From the NCBI GenBank assembly GCA_963735595.1, contig CAVTLK010000005.1:231760-295759 (forward strand): 64,000 bases of DNA. The letters run 5' to 3'. The notes under the pieces were generated by a model. That model ran no database searches and was not told where the DNA came from. It saw nothing but the letters and a program-made list of their open reading frames with translations. Below, in pieces: positions 40,038-49,041 of the stretch (positions within the stretch are counted from its first letter, which is position 1; each line of letters opens with the position of its first letter). The position numbers and the translations under genes were made by a program. The stretch is from an uncultured delta proteobacterium. GTDB lineage: Bacteria > Desulfobacterota > Zymogenia > Zymogenales > Zymogenaceae.

Positions 40038-40583
40038 TTACTTCCGGTCGATCTCGGCCAGGAGCTTTGCGGTCTTCGGCACGTCGGCGACGTTTTTTCC
40101 GTAGTGCGCGTACTTCACCTTCCCAGACTTGTCGATGATAAAGGTCGCCGGAAGCTGTTTCTCGTTCCCCTCGTACGTGCCGTGTTTGAAGCCCTTCAGG
40201 GTGGCCCTGATCGCCCGAACGATCGTAGTCGGGGTGACATAGCCGAATATCGAGCCGGGCCTGACCCCGTAGAGGGTAAAGAGCCTCTCGTGCGGGTCGC
40301 AGACGATCACGAAGGGCATATCCTTTTGGGAGATCATCGGGGTGATGTTCTCGGGCGTGCTCTGCAGGACAACCAGGAGCGATACCCCGCGCTTCTTGAA
40401 GTGGGGAAACTCCTTTTTAAGCTCGGCGATCTTCATCTGGCAGATGGGGCACCCCCTGTAGCGCAGGAACATCAGGACGGTCGTCCCCTTTTTCGTGAAA
40501 CCGGAAAGCTTTTCACCCTTCTTCCAGGGGGTGTCGAAGGTAAAGTCGGGCGCGGCCGCGCCCGCCGTCAAACGCTGAGACAT
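40038..40583 (-). CDS. thioredoxin-fold peroxiredoxin-like protein (AhpC/TSA-redoxin family)
   Basis: 181 aa. APDFTF...VLMFLRYRGCPICQ is the redox-active Cys context. Confidence 0.6.
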   Translation of the reverse strand: MSQRLTAGAAAPDFTFDTPWKKGEKLSGFTKKGTTVLMFLRYRGCPICQMKIAELKKEFPHFKKRGVSLLVVLQSTPENITPMISQKDMPFVIVCDPHERLFTLYGVRPGSIFGYVTPTTIVRAIRATLKGFKHGTYEGNEKQLPATFIIDKSGKVKYAHYGKNVADVPKTAKLLAEIDRK

Positions 40584-40626
40584 ATCTAATCCTCCCTTCT
40601 TTTGTTCGATTACCGGCCGATCGCCG

Positions 40627-41199
40627 CTATCCCTCGATAACCTTGAGAATATGCGGCGGTTTGCGCTCCGGGGCCGGCGGGATTGCCGCGGGCCACCCGA
40701 CTATGATCGGGGCGACGATCATCTGGTCTTCGGGCAGTCCGATCTCCTCTTTCAATTTCGGGTCCCTGATATGGGAGCCGAGGTTGACCCAGCAGCTGCC
40801 CAGGTTTCGGTCCGTTGCCGCCAGCATGAAGTAGGCGGCAAACAGGGCGCAGTCCACCCGCGTCGAGTAGAGGGCCGGCGGCCCCGTGACGATCACCAGG
40901 CAGGGCGCGTTAAAAAAGACATTGAAGTCCTCGTTGGTGAGCGCCGCCTCGTAGCGCAGCGATGGGTGTTCGGGGTTTGCCCTGATGTCGGCGACGAGGT
41001 TTTTCTTGCTCTCGTCCGAGAGGCGTTTGATCAGCGACCGGTCGTTGATGATGATGAACTTCCAGGGCTGGCCGTTGCCGGAGCTCGGCGCCATCGTCGC
41101 CGTGCCGATCAACTCCCGCACGAGATCGGTCGGCACCGGTTTGTCCTGATAATTCCTGATCGATCGTCGATCCAGTAAGAGCCGGGAAAAATCGGTCAT
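40627..41199 (-). CDS. nitroreductase family protein
   Basis: RRSIRNYQDKPVP...APSSGNGQPWKFIII. Confidence 0.8.
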   Translation of the reverse strand: MTDFSRLLLDRRSIRNYQDKPVPTDLVRELIGTATMAPSSGNGQPWKFIIINDRSLIKRLSDESKKNLVADIRANPEHPSLRYEAALTNEDFNVFFNAPCLVIVTGPPALYSTRVDCALFAAYFMLAATDRNLGSCWVNLGSHIRDPKLKEEIGLPEDQMIVAPIIVGWPAAIPPAPERKPPHILKVIEG

Positions 41200-41468
41200 C
41201 GAATGGTCCTCCCGCTGCCGACGACGGCACGAAGGTACTAAACCCGCGCATAAGGCATGGGGGCCGTTGTTGGCCCGGCGGCGTACGCGCGCTATCGGAA
41301 TCGTAACACGGATTGTATACTACCACAGGGCGTGCCGGACGACAATAGCCGATTTTTTACCATCTTCCCCCCGGGGACGGGGGCGGCCGTCCGGTATCTT
41401 TTATCTTGAACTAATGATAAAGATGCGGTAAATTTCGTGTAAACATGGCAGTCATACGGAGGGTTTTT

Positions 41469-43505
41469 ATGAAAGCCAAGTACCTCGTTTTGCCGTTGCT
41501 GGCGCTCCTTTCGCTTACCCTGGTCGCCGGCGGGCAACAAGACAAGACGCTGACCATCATCCACACCAACGATATGCACTCCCAGTTACTGGGGCTCTAT
41601 CCCAACAAAGACTATACGCCCATGACCACCGGTGACGACAAGACGGTCGGCGGCTGGGCGAGGATAGCTACGGAAATCAAGAAGCAGCGGGATGCCCGGT
41701 CAAACCCCGTCCTGGTGCTGGACGCCGGGGATTTCCTGATGGGCTCCCTCTTTCACATGATCTGCCGCGAGGAGGCCGCGGAGCTGTGCCTCATGAAGGA
41801 CATGGGTTATGACATCGTTGCGCTGGGCAACCATGAGTTTGACCTCAAGCCCGCGGGCCTTGCCCGCATCCTGGAATCCGCGGAGCGAAAGGGAAAGCTC
41901 CCGACGGTCGTGGCCTCAAACCTCGTCTTTTCCGATGAATCGGCCGATGACGACGCTCTGAAGGCCGATTTCGACCGGGGGCTGGTGAAACCCTACGTCG
42001 TGAGGGACGTGGATGGGATAAAGATCGGGTTCTTCGGGCTGATGGGCTATGATTCCTCCGAGGTGGCGCCCTTCGCCGACCCGGTGAGCTTCGCAGATTA
42101 CAAGGAAACGGCCCGGGAGATGGTAAAGGTGCTGCGCGAGACCGAGAAGGTCGACCTCGTCATCTGCCTGTCTCACGCGGGACTGAGGGACAACAAGGAT
42201 AAGTCCGAGGACGAGATCATGGCCAGGGAGGTCCCCGGCATCGACATTATCATTTCCGGGCACACGCACACGAAGCTCCCCGAGCCGATCGTTATCGACA
42301 AGACCATCATCGTCCAGGCATGGGAAAATGGCAAGGTCATCGGCGTGCTGGACGTCTCGGTGGGGGCCGGCGGTGCCACGGTGGCCAAGTACGAGTATAT
42401 CCCCATTGACGACGCGATACCGGGCGACCCGGCGATCAACAGCGCCATCGAAGGCTACGAGGCCATCGTCGACAGGGACGTGCTGGCGCCCCACGGCCTC
42501 TCGTTTTTCAAGACCATAGCCGAGACCGATTTCGACATGCGCCTGAAGGAAGAGGAAGTAGGGCTGGGCAACATGGAGGCCGACTCGCTCCGCTGGGCGG
42601 TGGACAATGCCGAGTATGACCCGGCCGATCCGATAACAAAGACCCGCGTATCCATCCAGTCCAACGGGATGATCAGGAACGACATCCTCGTCGGCGAGAC
42701 CGGGCAGGTCATCCTGGCCGACCTTGTCAATATCGTCCCCCTCGGTATCGGCGTCGATGGCACGATGGCCTATCCGCTCATCACGTTTTACCTCTACGGG
42801 TCGGAGATCAAGAAGGCGATGGAGGTGCCCACGTCCATCTATCCCCTCAAGGGGAGCGACTACTACCTCCAGGTTTCGGGCCTCAAGGTCACCTACAATC
42901 CCCACCGGATGATCTTTGACCGCGTGACCGAGATCCTCATCGAGGACGCGGACGGAAACTACGTCCCGCTGGATTGGTCCGAGGACAATAAGACGCTCTA
43001 CAAGATCACGAGCAACTACTATAACTCCATGTTCATCAAAGTCGTCGGGAGCTTCACGAACAATATCCTGACGATGGTGCCCAAGGATAAGGACGGCAAT
43101 ACGATCGAGGACATGACCGCGTTCAGGGTCGACGCGGACCCGAACACGGCGGGCGTTCAGGAGATGAAGGAATGGACGACGCTGGCCGATTACGCGGCCT
43201 CCTTCGAGGATACCGACGGCGACGGCGTCCCCAACATCCCGGAGCGGTACCGCGAGCCGGAGGGCAGGTTCGTCAAGGCCCCGAGCTGGAACCCCGTCAA
43301 GCTCCTGGCGCACGGCAGTTACCTGACCTGGATCGGGCTTGGCGCGCTGATACTCGTCCTCTTGATCGTGGCGCTGATTATCTACATCCTGGTCAGGGTC
43401 TTCAGGAAGAAGGGTAAGAAGGGAAAGAAGGGCGTGACGAAGGCGAAGGCCCCGGTGAAGGCCAAGGCCCCCGCGAAGGGCAAGACCAAAAAAACGCGTA
43501 AATAG
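41469..43505 (+). CDS. bifunctional metallophosphatase/5'-nucleotidase with C-terminal TM anchor and lysine-rich tail
   Basis: Signal peptide; HTNDMHS, GNHEFD, SGHTHT metallophosphatase motifs; 5'-nucleotidase C-domain; TM (WIGLGALILVLLIVALIIYILV); tail RKKGKKGKKGVTKAKAPVKAKAPAKGKTKKTRK. GGAGGG RBS before ATG 41469. Confidence 0.8.
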   Translation: MKAKYLVLPLLALLSLTLVAGGQQDKTLTIIHTNDMHSQLLGLYPNKDYTPMTTGDDKTVGGWARIATEIKKQRDARSNPVLVLDAGDFLMGSLFHMICREEAAELCLMKDMGYDIVALGNHEFDLKPAGLARILESAERKGKLPTVVASNLVFSDESADDDALKADFDRGLVKPYVVRDVDGIKIGFFGLMGYDSSEVAPFADPVSFADYKETAREMVKVLRETEKVDLVICLSHAGLRDNKDKSEDEIMAREVPGIDIIISGHTHTKLPEPIVIDKTIIVQAWENGKVIGVLDVSVGAGGATVAKYEYIPIDDAIPGDPAINSAIEGYEAIVDRDVLAPHGLSFFKTIAETDFDMRLKEEEVGLGNMEADSLRWAVDNAEYDPADPITKTRVSIQSNGMIRNDILVGETGQVILADLVNIVPLGIGVDGTMAYPLITFYLYGSEIKKAMEVPTSIYPLKGSDYYLQVSGLKVTYNPHRMIFDRVTEILIEDADGNYVPLDWSEDNKTLYKITSNYYNSMFIKVVGSFTNNILTMVPKDKDGNTIEDMTAFRVDADPNTAGVQEMKEWTTLADYAASFEDTDGDGVPNIPERYREPEGRFVKAPSWNPVKLLAHGSYLTWIGLGALILVLLIVALIIYILVRVFRKKGKKGKKGVTKAKAPVKAKAPAKGKTKKTRK

Positions 43506-43530
43506 ACGATACGCTTCGGCCGATATTCAT

Positions 43531-43568
43531 AACGGGCGGACTCCGTAGGGGGTTCGCCCGTTTTTTTC
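43531..43568 (+). terminator. rho-independent terminator after the 5'-nucleotidase gene
   Basis: aacgggcggactccgtagggggttcgcccgttttttt. Confidence 0.55.
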
Positions 43569-43612
43569 GTGCTCCATCTCGCGATCACCATCGGGGGTAA
43601 TCGCCCGGTATC

Positions 43613-45131
43613 CTATCGGTGCCGCTCGAACAGCTGGCCGATCGAGTTCGCGTAATAGGTCAACACCTCGCGGCGCTTCGGGTTGATGACGATGGCGTCC
43701 TTTTTCTTCCGGGCGATCTTTCTCAGGCTCAGCACCTCCATCGCCAGGTCGATAGTCTTTTGCATTTCCTCCATGTCGATGACCCCGCGCTCGAACGACA
43801 GGAGCTCGCCGGTGCGGTCGTCCGCCTCGAAGGCCAGCCGCCGCTGTTCCATCATCAGGTCGACGAACTCCTTGCCCCGGACGATCCGGGCGCTATTGAG
43901 GACGAGCGCCTTTTTCATCTCGGTCATCAGCTCGACCAGGTCGGCCTGGGGGATAACCTCGCGCCCGTCGGCAAGGAGCGCATAGGCCACGAACGTAACC
44001 GGGGTAACCGGTACGACCCGGCCGACTCCCTCCAGCACGTGCTGGGAAAACCGCTTTACCTCCTGCTTGTACTCGTCGGCATCGAGCGAAAAGATATCCC
44101 GGTCGAGCCGGGCGACGTAGTCCCGCAGCGAGACGTGCTCGCCCACGGCCACCGAGGTGTAGCCGTATTTGCGGACTCCCCTAAAGATATAGTAGAAGCC
44201 GTTTCTGACGATCACCCGCGGGACGGTGACGATCACCGAGAGCCCGGAGAGGATCCTTCCCAACCCCCGTTTCTCGGGCGGGGCGCCGTGGGCCTCCCCG
44301 ACGAGGCTGAGGTCCTCCAGCACGCGGTCGTAGTTGATCCCCACGGGGACGAAGACGAGATCTCTTTGTGAACCCGGGGTCCTGGATCGTCCGGATGATG
44401 TAGTCCAGCAGCCCGATCTTAGGCGGCCCCAGGCTCCCGTCCCGCGACAGCCCCCCCTCGATGAAGATACCCTGGGTGATGCCGTTCTTGCTGATGAGCT
44501 GGATGTATTTTTCGAGCACCGTGTGGTAGAGGGGTTCGCGGTATTTTCGGCGGATGAAGTATGAGCCGAAGCTCTTGAAGATATATTCGAGGGGCCAGAC
44601 CCGCGCCCATTCCCCCACGGCGTATGAGAGGGATATCCGCTCGGCCAGCATGTAGGCCACCAGTATGTAGTCGACGTTGCTGCGGTGGTTCATGATGTAG
44701 ATAACGACGCTGTCCCTGGGTATTTTCTTGAGCGCCTCGAAGTTCTTCTTATCTATCACGACGTTATAGACGAGGTTGAGCAGGAAATGGGCCAGCCGGT
44801 AGCCGAAGGCGTAGTAGGACAGGATGTTGAAGTGGGGGACGATCTCGTCGATATATCCCTCGACCCGCTCCAGGGTCCGCTCCGGGGAGGTCCGATGCTC
44901 TCTCTCGTGTGCCTCCATGGCCTGCCAGACGGCGGGCTCCTTCATGAGCTGGTACTTGATATATTTCTTCTGGGTCAGCTTGAAGCGCTCGACGCGGGCG
45001 CGGAACCGGTGGATGGCGGCGCGGCTGTATTTCCTGAACTTCCGCTCGAGGTACCGGCGGATCGGCTTTCTGAAGGCGAATAACAGGATGAGCAGGGCGA
45101 GGAGGACGATAAGTGCGCCGTTGAGCCGCAT
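43613..45131 (-). pseudogene. PlsB-type glycerol-3-phosphate acyltransferase, one frameshift near 44350
   Basis: The N-terminal ORF carries NHRSNVDY (HX4D), FGSYFIRR and FIEGGLSRDG blocks. The C-terminal ORF (43613..44344) continues as DLVFVPVGINYDRVLE... in another frame. The indel lies in a CCCCGGG run. Confidence 0.65.
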
Positions 45132-45247
45132 AGGACCCCCCGAAAAGGATACGGGGCATATGATACCAGATTCCGGGCAAAAAAAGATAGATTTTATTCG
45201 GGGAGGTTAAGAACCGCGGGAAGACCGTGGCCCTCCCGCGGATAGGG

Positions 45248-45697
45248 TTAGACGGTCGGCACCTCCGCCTTGCATTTGCGGCACCGCTTGGACCCCCGGA
45301 AGAGGGAGCTGCCGCACGCCGCGCAGGTGTATCGCTTCTCCTGGGACTCGACCCATTTCTCGGTCCCGAGCTCCTTCCACCGGGGGATCTCGGCGAGGAT
45401 CACCGCCTTTCCCGCCGGGAACGGGAAGTTCTCGACGTGGGAACAGGGGAAGTCGCTGCACTGGAAACAGCCTTCGTACCCCTTTTCGGTCGCGCAGGTC
45501 TTGATGGAGCACGTCCGGCAATAGAGGAACGGGTTTTCGGAGAGACACCCCTCGCACCGGAGGTCCTCCACCTTGACGCCGTAACCCGCCGCGACCTTCT
45601 CCTTGAAGGCCGCGTCATCCGAGAGATACGCGCCCCGGATGGCGCAGGCGCCGCAGTACAGGCCGCAGGGGGCCACGAGCTCACGCTGGACTGCCAT
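45248..45697 (-). CDS. DUF3795-like cysteine-rich protein
   Basis: CGLYCGACAIRGAY...CEGCLSENPFLYCRTCSIKTCATEKGYEGCFQCSDFPC; 149 aa. Confidence 0.5.
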   Translation of the reverse strand: MAVQRELVAPCGLYCGACAIRGAYLSDDAAFKEKVAAGYGVKVEDLRCEGCLSENPFLYCRTCSIKTCATEKGYEGCFQCSDFPCSHVENFPFPAGKAVILAEIPRWKELGTEKWVESQEKRYTCAACGSSLFRGSKRCRKCKAEVPTV

Positions 45698-45830
45698 ATT
45701 CCTTCTCCATTAATGGTTCGTATGTACGTTAGCCGTATATTCGGCGGCACTCCCGCCCCGCGGCGGCAAGACCCGGCCGCATATACTATAAGACGAAAAG
45801 AACGCCGGTCTTATTGCGCACCGTTTTACG

Positions 45831-46436
45831 CTATCGTCCGCCTTCAAAGAAACCGGCAACGATCCCGGCCAGCCGCATCGTGTGGGCCCTGATCTCTTCG
45901 AGGCTCCTGCCGGGATATTTCGCGTAGCTGATCATGATCCCGTTGAGGGCCGAAAACAGGGTATGGGAGGTCATCCGGGTGTCGCCGGGGACGCGTGCGT
46001 CCCGTATCACGTCTTCGATCAGGTCGATGAGGCGCCGCATGACCGGGTTGAGGCGGCCGATGGCCGCCTCCGAAAGCCTGCCGCCGATCATGAAATGGCT
46101 CATCATCTGGTAGTAGGTCATGTTGTCGTTCAGAAAGCCGATGTAGATCTCGCAGAGGCGCCTGACCGAGCACCCTCCCGGAGCGGTAGACTCGGCCTGA
46201 ACAAGGGTGGAAATCTCGTCGGCCCCGACGAAGAAGACGTCCAGAAACAGGTCGTCCATGCTCTCGTAGTAGCGATAGATCGTGCCGGGGCTGACGCCGG
46301 CCTCCCGGGCGATTTCCCGGGCGGTGACGCTGGCAAAATCACGCTGGGCGAAGAGCTTCTGGGCGCACTCCCGTATCAGGGCGCGCCGCGCCTCCCGCTG
46401 GCTGTCTTTCAGGTCGTTGAACGTGACGACGGACAT
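45831..46436 (-). CDS. TetR/AcrR family transcriptional regulator
   Basis: N-terminal HTH (FASVTAREIAREAGVSPGTIYRYYESMDDLF); 201 aa; directly downstream of the acyl-CoA dehydrogenase. Confidence 0.85.
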   Translation of the reverse strand: MSVVTFNDLKDSQREARRALIRECAQKLFAQRDFASVTAREIAREAGVSPGTIYRYYESMDDLFLDVFFVGADEISTLVQAESTAPGGCSVRRLCEIYIGFLNDNMTYYQMMSHFMIGGRLSEAAIGRLNPVMRRLIDLIEDVIRDARVPGDTRMTSHTLFSALNGIMISYAKYPGRSLEEIRAHTMRLAGIVAGFFEGGR

Positions 46437-46527
46437 GGTGTTTCCTTTATTTAGTCTGACCGGGCCGGCCGCCGGCCGGCCCTTCTCTTGGTATGCTTCC
46501 CGTTGGACTTTCTACTAAGCGAAGCGA

Positions 46528-47805
46528 TCAGTCCGCGACCTTGTTGTGCACCTGCCACATGTCGTCGTCGGTAAAGCAGCGCTCGCTCTCGTCCGGGTTC
46601 ATGGCGTCCCGCTCCATCTCCCGCCGGTTGTAGGGCTGGACGAGGACCTCGTCGTAGTATTCGTGCTGGATGAGGAGGTTCATGATCTCGCTGGTGCCGG
46701 TCCAGATCAGGGCAAGCCGCATGTCGCGCAGCGCCCGCTCGATGGGGTAGACGTCGGTATAGCCGATGCCGCCCATGATCTGCATGGCGTTGTTGACGAC
46801 GTCCCATGACGCCTTCGTGGCGAACTTCTTGGCCTCGCTGACGATCCGGCGGACATTGGGATAATTATCGTCCACGGCCCGCGCCGCCATGTAGGTGAGG
46901 CCGCGGGCGGCGTCCAGCTGGGTGATGGAATCGGCCACCATGAAGTTGACCGCCTGGAACTTGCGGATCAGTTTTCCGAAGGCCGCGCGCTTGTTGGAGT
47001 ACCTGACCGCTACGTCCAGCGCGCCCCACGCGCCCAGGCAGCCGGCGGCCGAGGTGAGGCGCTCGGGGATCATCATCTGGTTGAAGCAGATCGCGCCGCC
47101 GTGCAGCTCTCCCAGGAGATTCTCCCTGGGGACCTTGACGTCCCTGAAGACGAGCCTTCCCGTGCCGCCGCCCTTGCAGCCCAGCAGCCCGTAGTGGTAC
47201 TCGGTCTCGACGCCGGGCCCTTTTTCGACGATCAACAGGCTGATCCTGCCGTACTTGTGGGCATTCTGGTCAAAATTGGTCTTGCAGTAGACCACGAAGA
47301 AATCCGCGCCGTCGGCGCCGACGACAAACCGCTTCTGACCGTTGAGGACGAAGTGGTCGCCTTTAAGCTCCGCCTTGGTGGTGGCCCCGAAGAAGTCCGA
47401 CCCGCCCCTCGGCTCGGTGAGGGCCTCGGCGGCAACGAGCTTGCCCGCGAGGTAGGGCTTGAGGTATTTTTCCTTCTGGGCGTCGGTGCCGAACTTATTG
47501 AGGGCCTCGCCCACGATGGAGGGCATGACAAAGGCGCACCCGAGCGCCATGCCGAGGCAGCCGATCTCCTCGGTGGCCGCCACGTCCGCCACCCAGCTCA
47601 TCCCCCGGCCGCCCCACTTCTTGGGGAAACGGATGCCGCGCAGGTTATACTTGGCCAGTTTTTCCACGAACTCGCGGGGATAGACGATCTCGTCGTTGTC
47701 CATCGCCCGCAAGAAATCGGGGGTTACCTCGTCCCGGACGAACTGGCGCACTTCGTCCCGGAGCGCCCGCTCCTCGGGCGTCAGCAAAAAGTCGTACATC
47801 GGCAT
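46528..47805 (-). CDS. acyl-CoA dehydrogenase with ~40-aa C-terminal extension
   Basis: 425 aa intact. EALTEPRGGSDF, YHYGLLGCKGGGTG and a C-terminal helical domain, plus the extra tail PYNRREMERDAMNPDESERCFTDDDMWQVHNKVAD. Confidence 0.85.
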   Translation of the reverse strand: MPMYDFLLTPEERALRDEVRQFVRDEVTPDFLRAMDNDEIVYPREFVEKLAKYNLRGIRFPKKWGGRGMSWVADVAATEEIGCLGMALGCAFVMPSIVGEALNKFGTDAQKEKYLKPYLAGKLVAAEALTEPRGGSDFFGATTKAELKGDHFVLNGQKRFVVGADGADFFVVYCKTNFDQNAHKYGRISLLIVEKGPGVETEYHYGLLGCKGGGTGRLVFRDVKVPRENLLGELHGGAICFNQMMIPERLTSAAGCLGAWGALDVAVRYSNKRAAFGKLIRKFQAVNFMVADSITQLDAARGLTYMAARAVDDNYPNVRRIVSEAKKFATKASWDVVNNAMQIMGGIGYTDVYPIERALRDMRLALIWTGTSEIMNLLIQHEYYDEVLVQPYNRREMERDAMNPDESERCFTDDDMWQVHNKVAD

Positions 47806-47831
47806 GGTATCTCCTCCAGCAACAGGGTAGT

Positions 47832-47865
47832 ATGAACAGCGTTTACGCTACTAAACGCAGTTCAT
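47832..47865. promoter_or_regulatory. candidate TetR operator: 14-bp inverted repeat (13/14) with 6-bp spacer, about 30 bp upstream of the acyl-CoA dehydrogenase start
   Basis: ATGAACAGCGTTTA-cgctac-TAAACGCAGTTCAT. Confidence 0.4.
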
Positions 47866-47969
47866 TTTGTCAAGGGAAATAAGCCCGGCAGGCGCGCATT
47901 TTTACTTGACATTATAAACAAACTATATATATCTATAGTATATATATAGTATAAACATAGGAGGGCACC

Positions 47970-48610
47970 GTGGAAGACAGGCTCATTGAGAGCAAGGCGT
48001 ACCGGGTCATCCTCTTAGGCGTCATCGAGATCATCGGGAACAACGGTTTGAAATCGATCCTCAACTACTCCAGCCTCACAAAATACGCCGATATGATCCC
48101 CGCGGGTGACAACGGTAAGGCTGAGCCGAAAATATCCGAGGTAGCAAGGCTCAGCGGGGGCATCGAAGAAATTTATGGGAAGAACGGCGCGCGGGCGATA
48201 CTCTTTCAGGTGGGCAGGATGCAGGCCAAATGGGGGCTGGACGAGAATCCCGGATATCGCCAGCTGCGGCGAAGGCCGCGATGTCCGAGATGAGCGAGAG
48301 CGACCGGGCGAAGGTCATCCTCAACTATACGGCCGATACGATAACCAAGCAGCTCAACACCAGGACCGTGGATCGAGCAGGAGGGGGACGTCTTCTTCTA
48401 TAAGGACGAGGCGGCGACCCACTGCTTCAATCGAAAGAGCGAAACCCCCGTCTGCCACACGACAGCCGGTTTCTAGGCGGGCTGGTTGCATGGGCGGTCG
48501 GCAATAACGGGTGGAAGGTCGAGGAGACGGAGTGCATGGCGATGGGGATGCCCTCTGTACGTACCGGATCAGCAAGATGGACGGGGGAAAACGGCGGGGT
48601 TCGTCGAGAC
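47970..48610 (+). pseudogene. V4R (4-vinyl reductase) domain protein, at least 3-4 frameshifts; 3' end abuts a repeat insertion
   Basis: Frame 1 reads MEDRLIESKAYRVILLGVIEIIGNNGLKSILNYSSL.... Other frames read ..AAKAAMSEMSESDRAKVILNYTADT.., ..FYKDEAATHCFNRKSETPVCHTTAGFLGGLVAWAVGNNGWKVEETECMAMG and DALCTYRISKMD. Together these make the V4R C-x-T-G...ETEC...G..C.Y.I signature split over 4 frames. Confidence 0.55.
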
Positions 48611-48639
48611 AGGGAAGTCGTCGAATTCGCCGTTTTGTT

Positions 48640-48737
48640 TCTTCTATTCACCACAAAGACACGAAGACACAAAGAAAGAAAAGAGAAGACCTTTAGTCCT
48701 TTCATTGTTCTTCGTGTCTTTGTGCCTTTGTGGTGAA
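48640..48737. repeat. CACAAAG-family hairpin module
   Basis: ttcaccacaaagacacgaagacacaaagaaag...ttcttcgtgtctttgtgcctttgtggtgaa. Confidence 0.65.
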
Positions 48738-48815
48738 CGCTCTTAGAATACGCTTCGAGTGGTACCGATAAAATTAGCCATAACGAAACAGTCAGGAAAA
48801 CCGCTTTACTCCCGT

Positions 48816-48848
48816 AGGGGCCGCATTCATGCGGCCCGTCTTCTTTCC
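48816..48848 (+). terminator. possible terminator hairpin
   Basis: gggccgcattcatgcggccc followed by gtcttctttcc. Confidence 0.3.
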
Positions 48849-49001
48849 GTCATTGCGAGGGAGTGAAAGCAGCTTGCTTCCCGCCACGTCGCTTTCGCTC
48901 CTCGCGGCTTCGGCAGGACGCTCGCAACAAGCTCCTCAATCCTCTGTTATACGGTGACAGTCAGGGATTGCCACGCCCCCTTCGGGGGCTCGCAATGACG
49001 G
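48846..49001. repeat. CGTCATTGCGAG...CTCGCAATGACGG TIR element (156 bp)
   Basis: ccgtcattgcgagggagtg...ctgttatacggtgacagtcagggattgccacgcccccttcgggggctcgcaatgacgg. The internal segment is the reverse complement of 15966-15996. Confidence 0.7.
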
Positions 49002-49041
49002 TAGGTAGCGGTGGCCGGGGGATTACCTCCTTCGCTCTCCG

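Noticed and set aside
41916-43313. 465-aa minus-strand ORF
   Set aside because: It is antisense to the 5'-nucleotidase gene.
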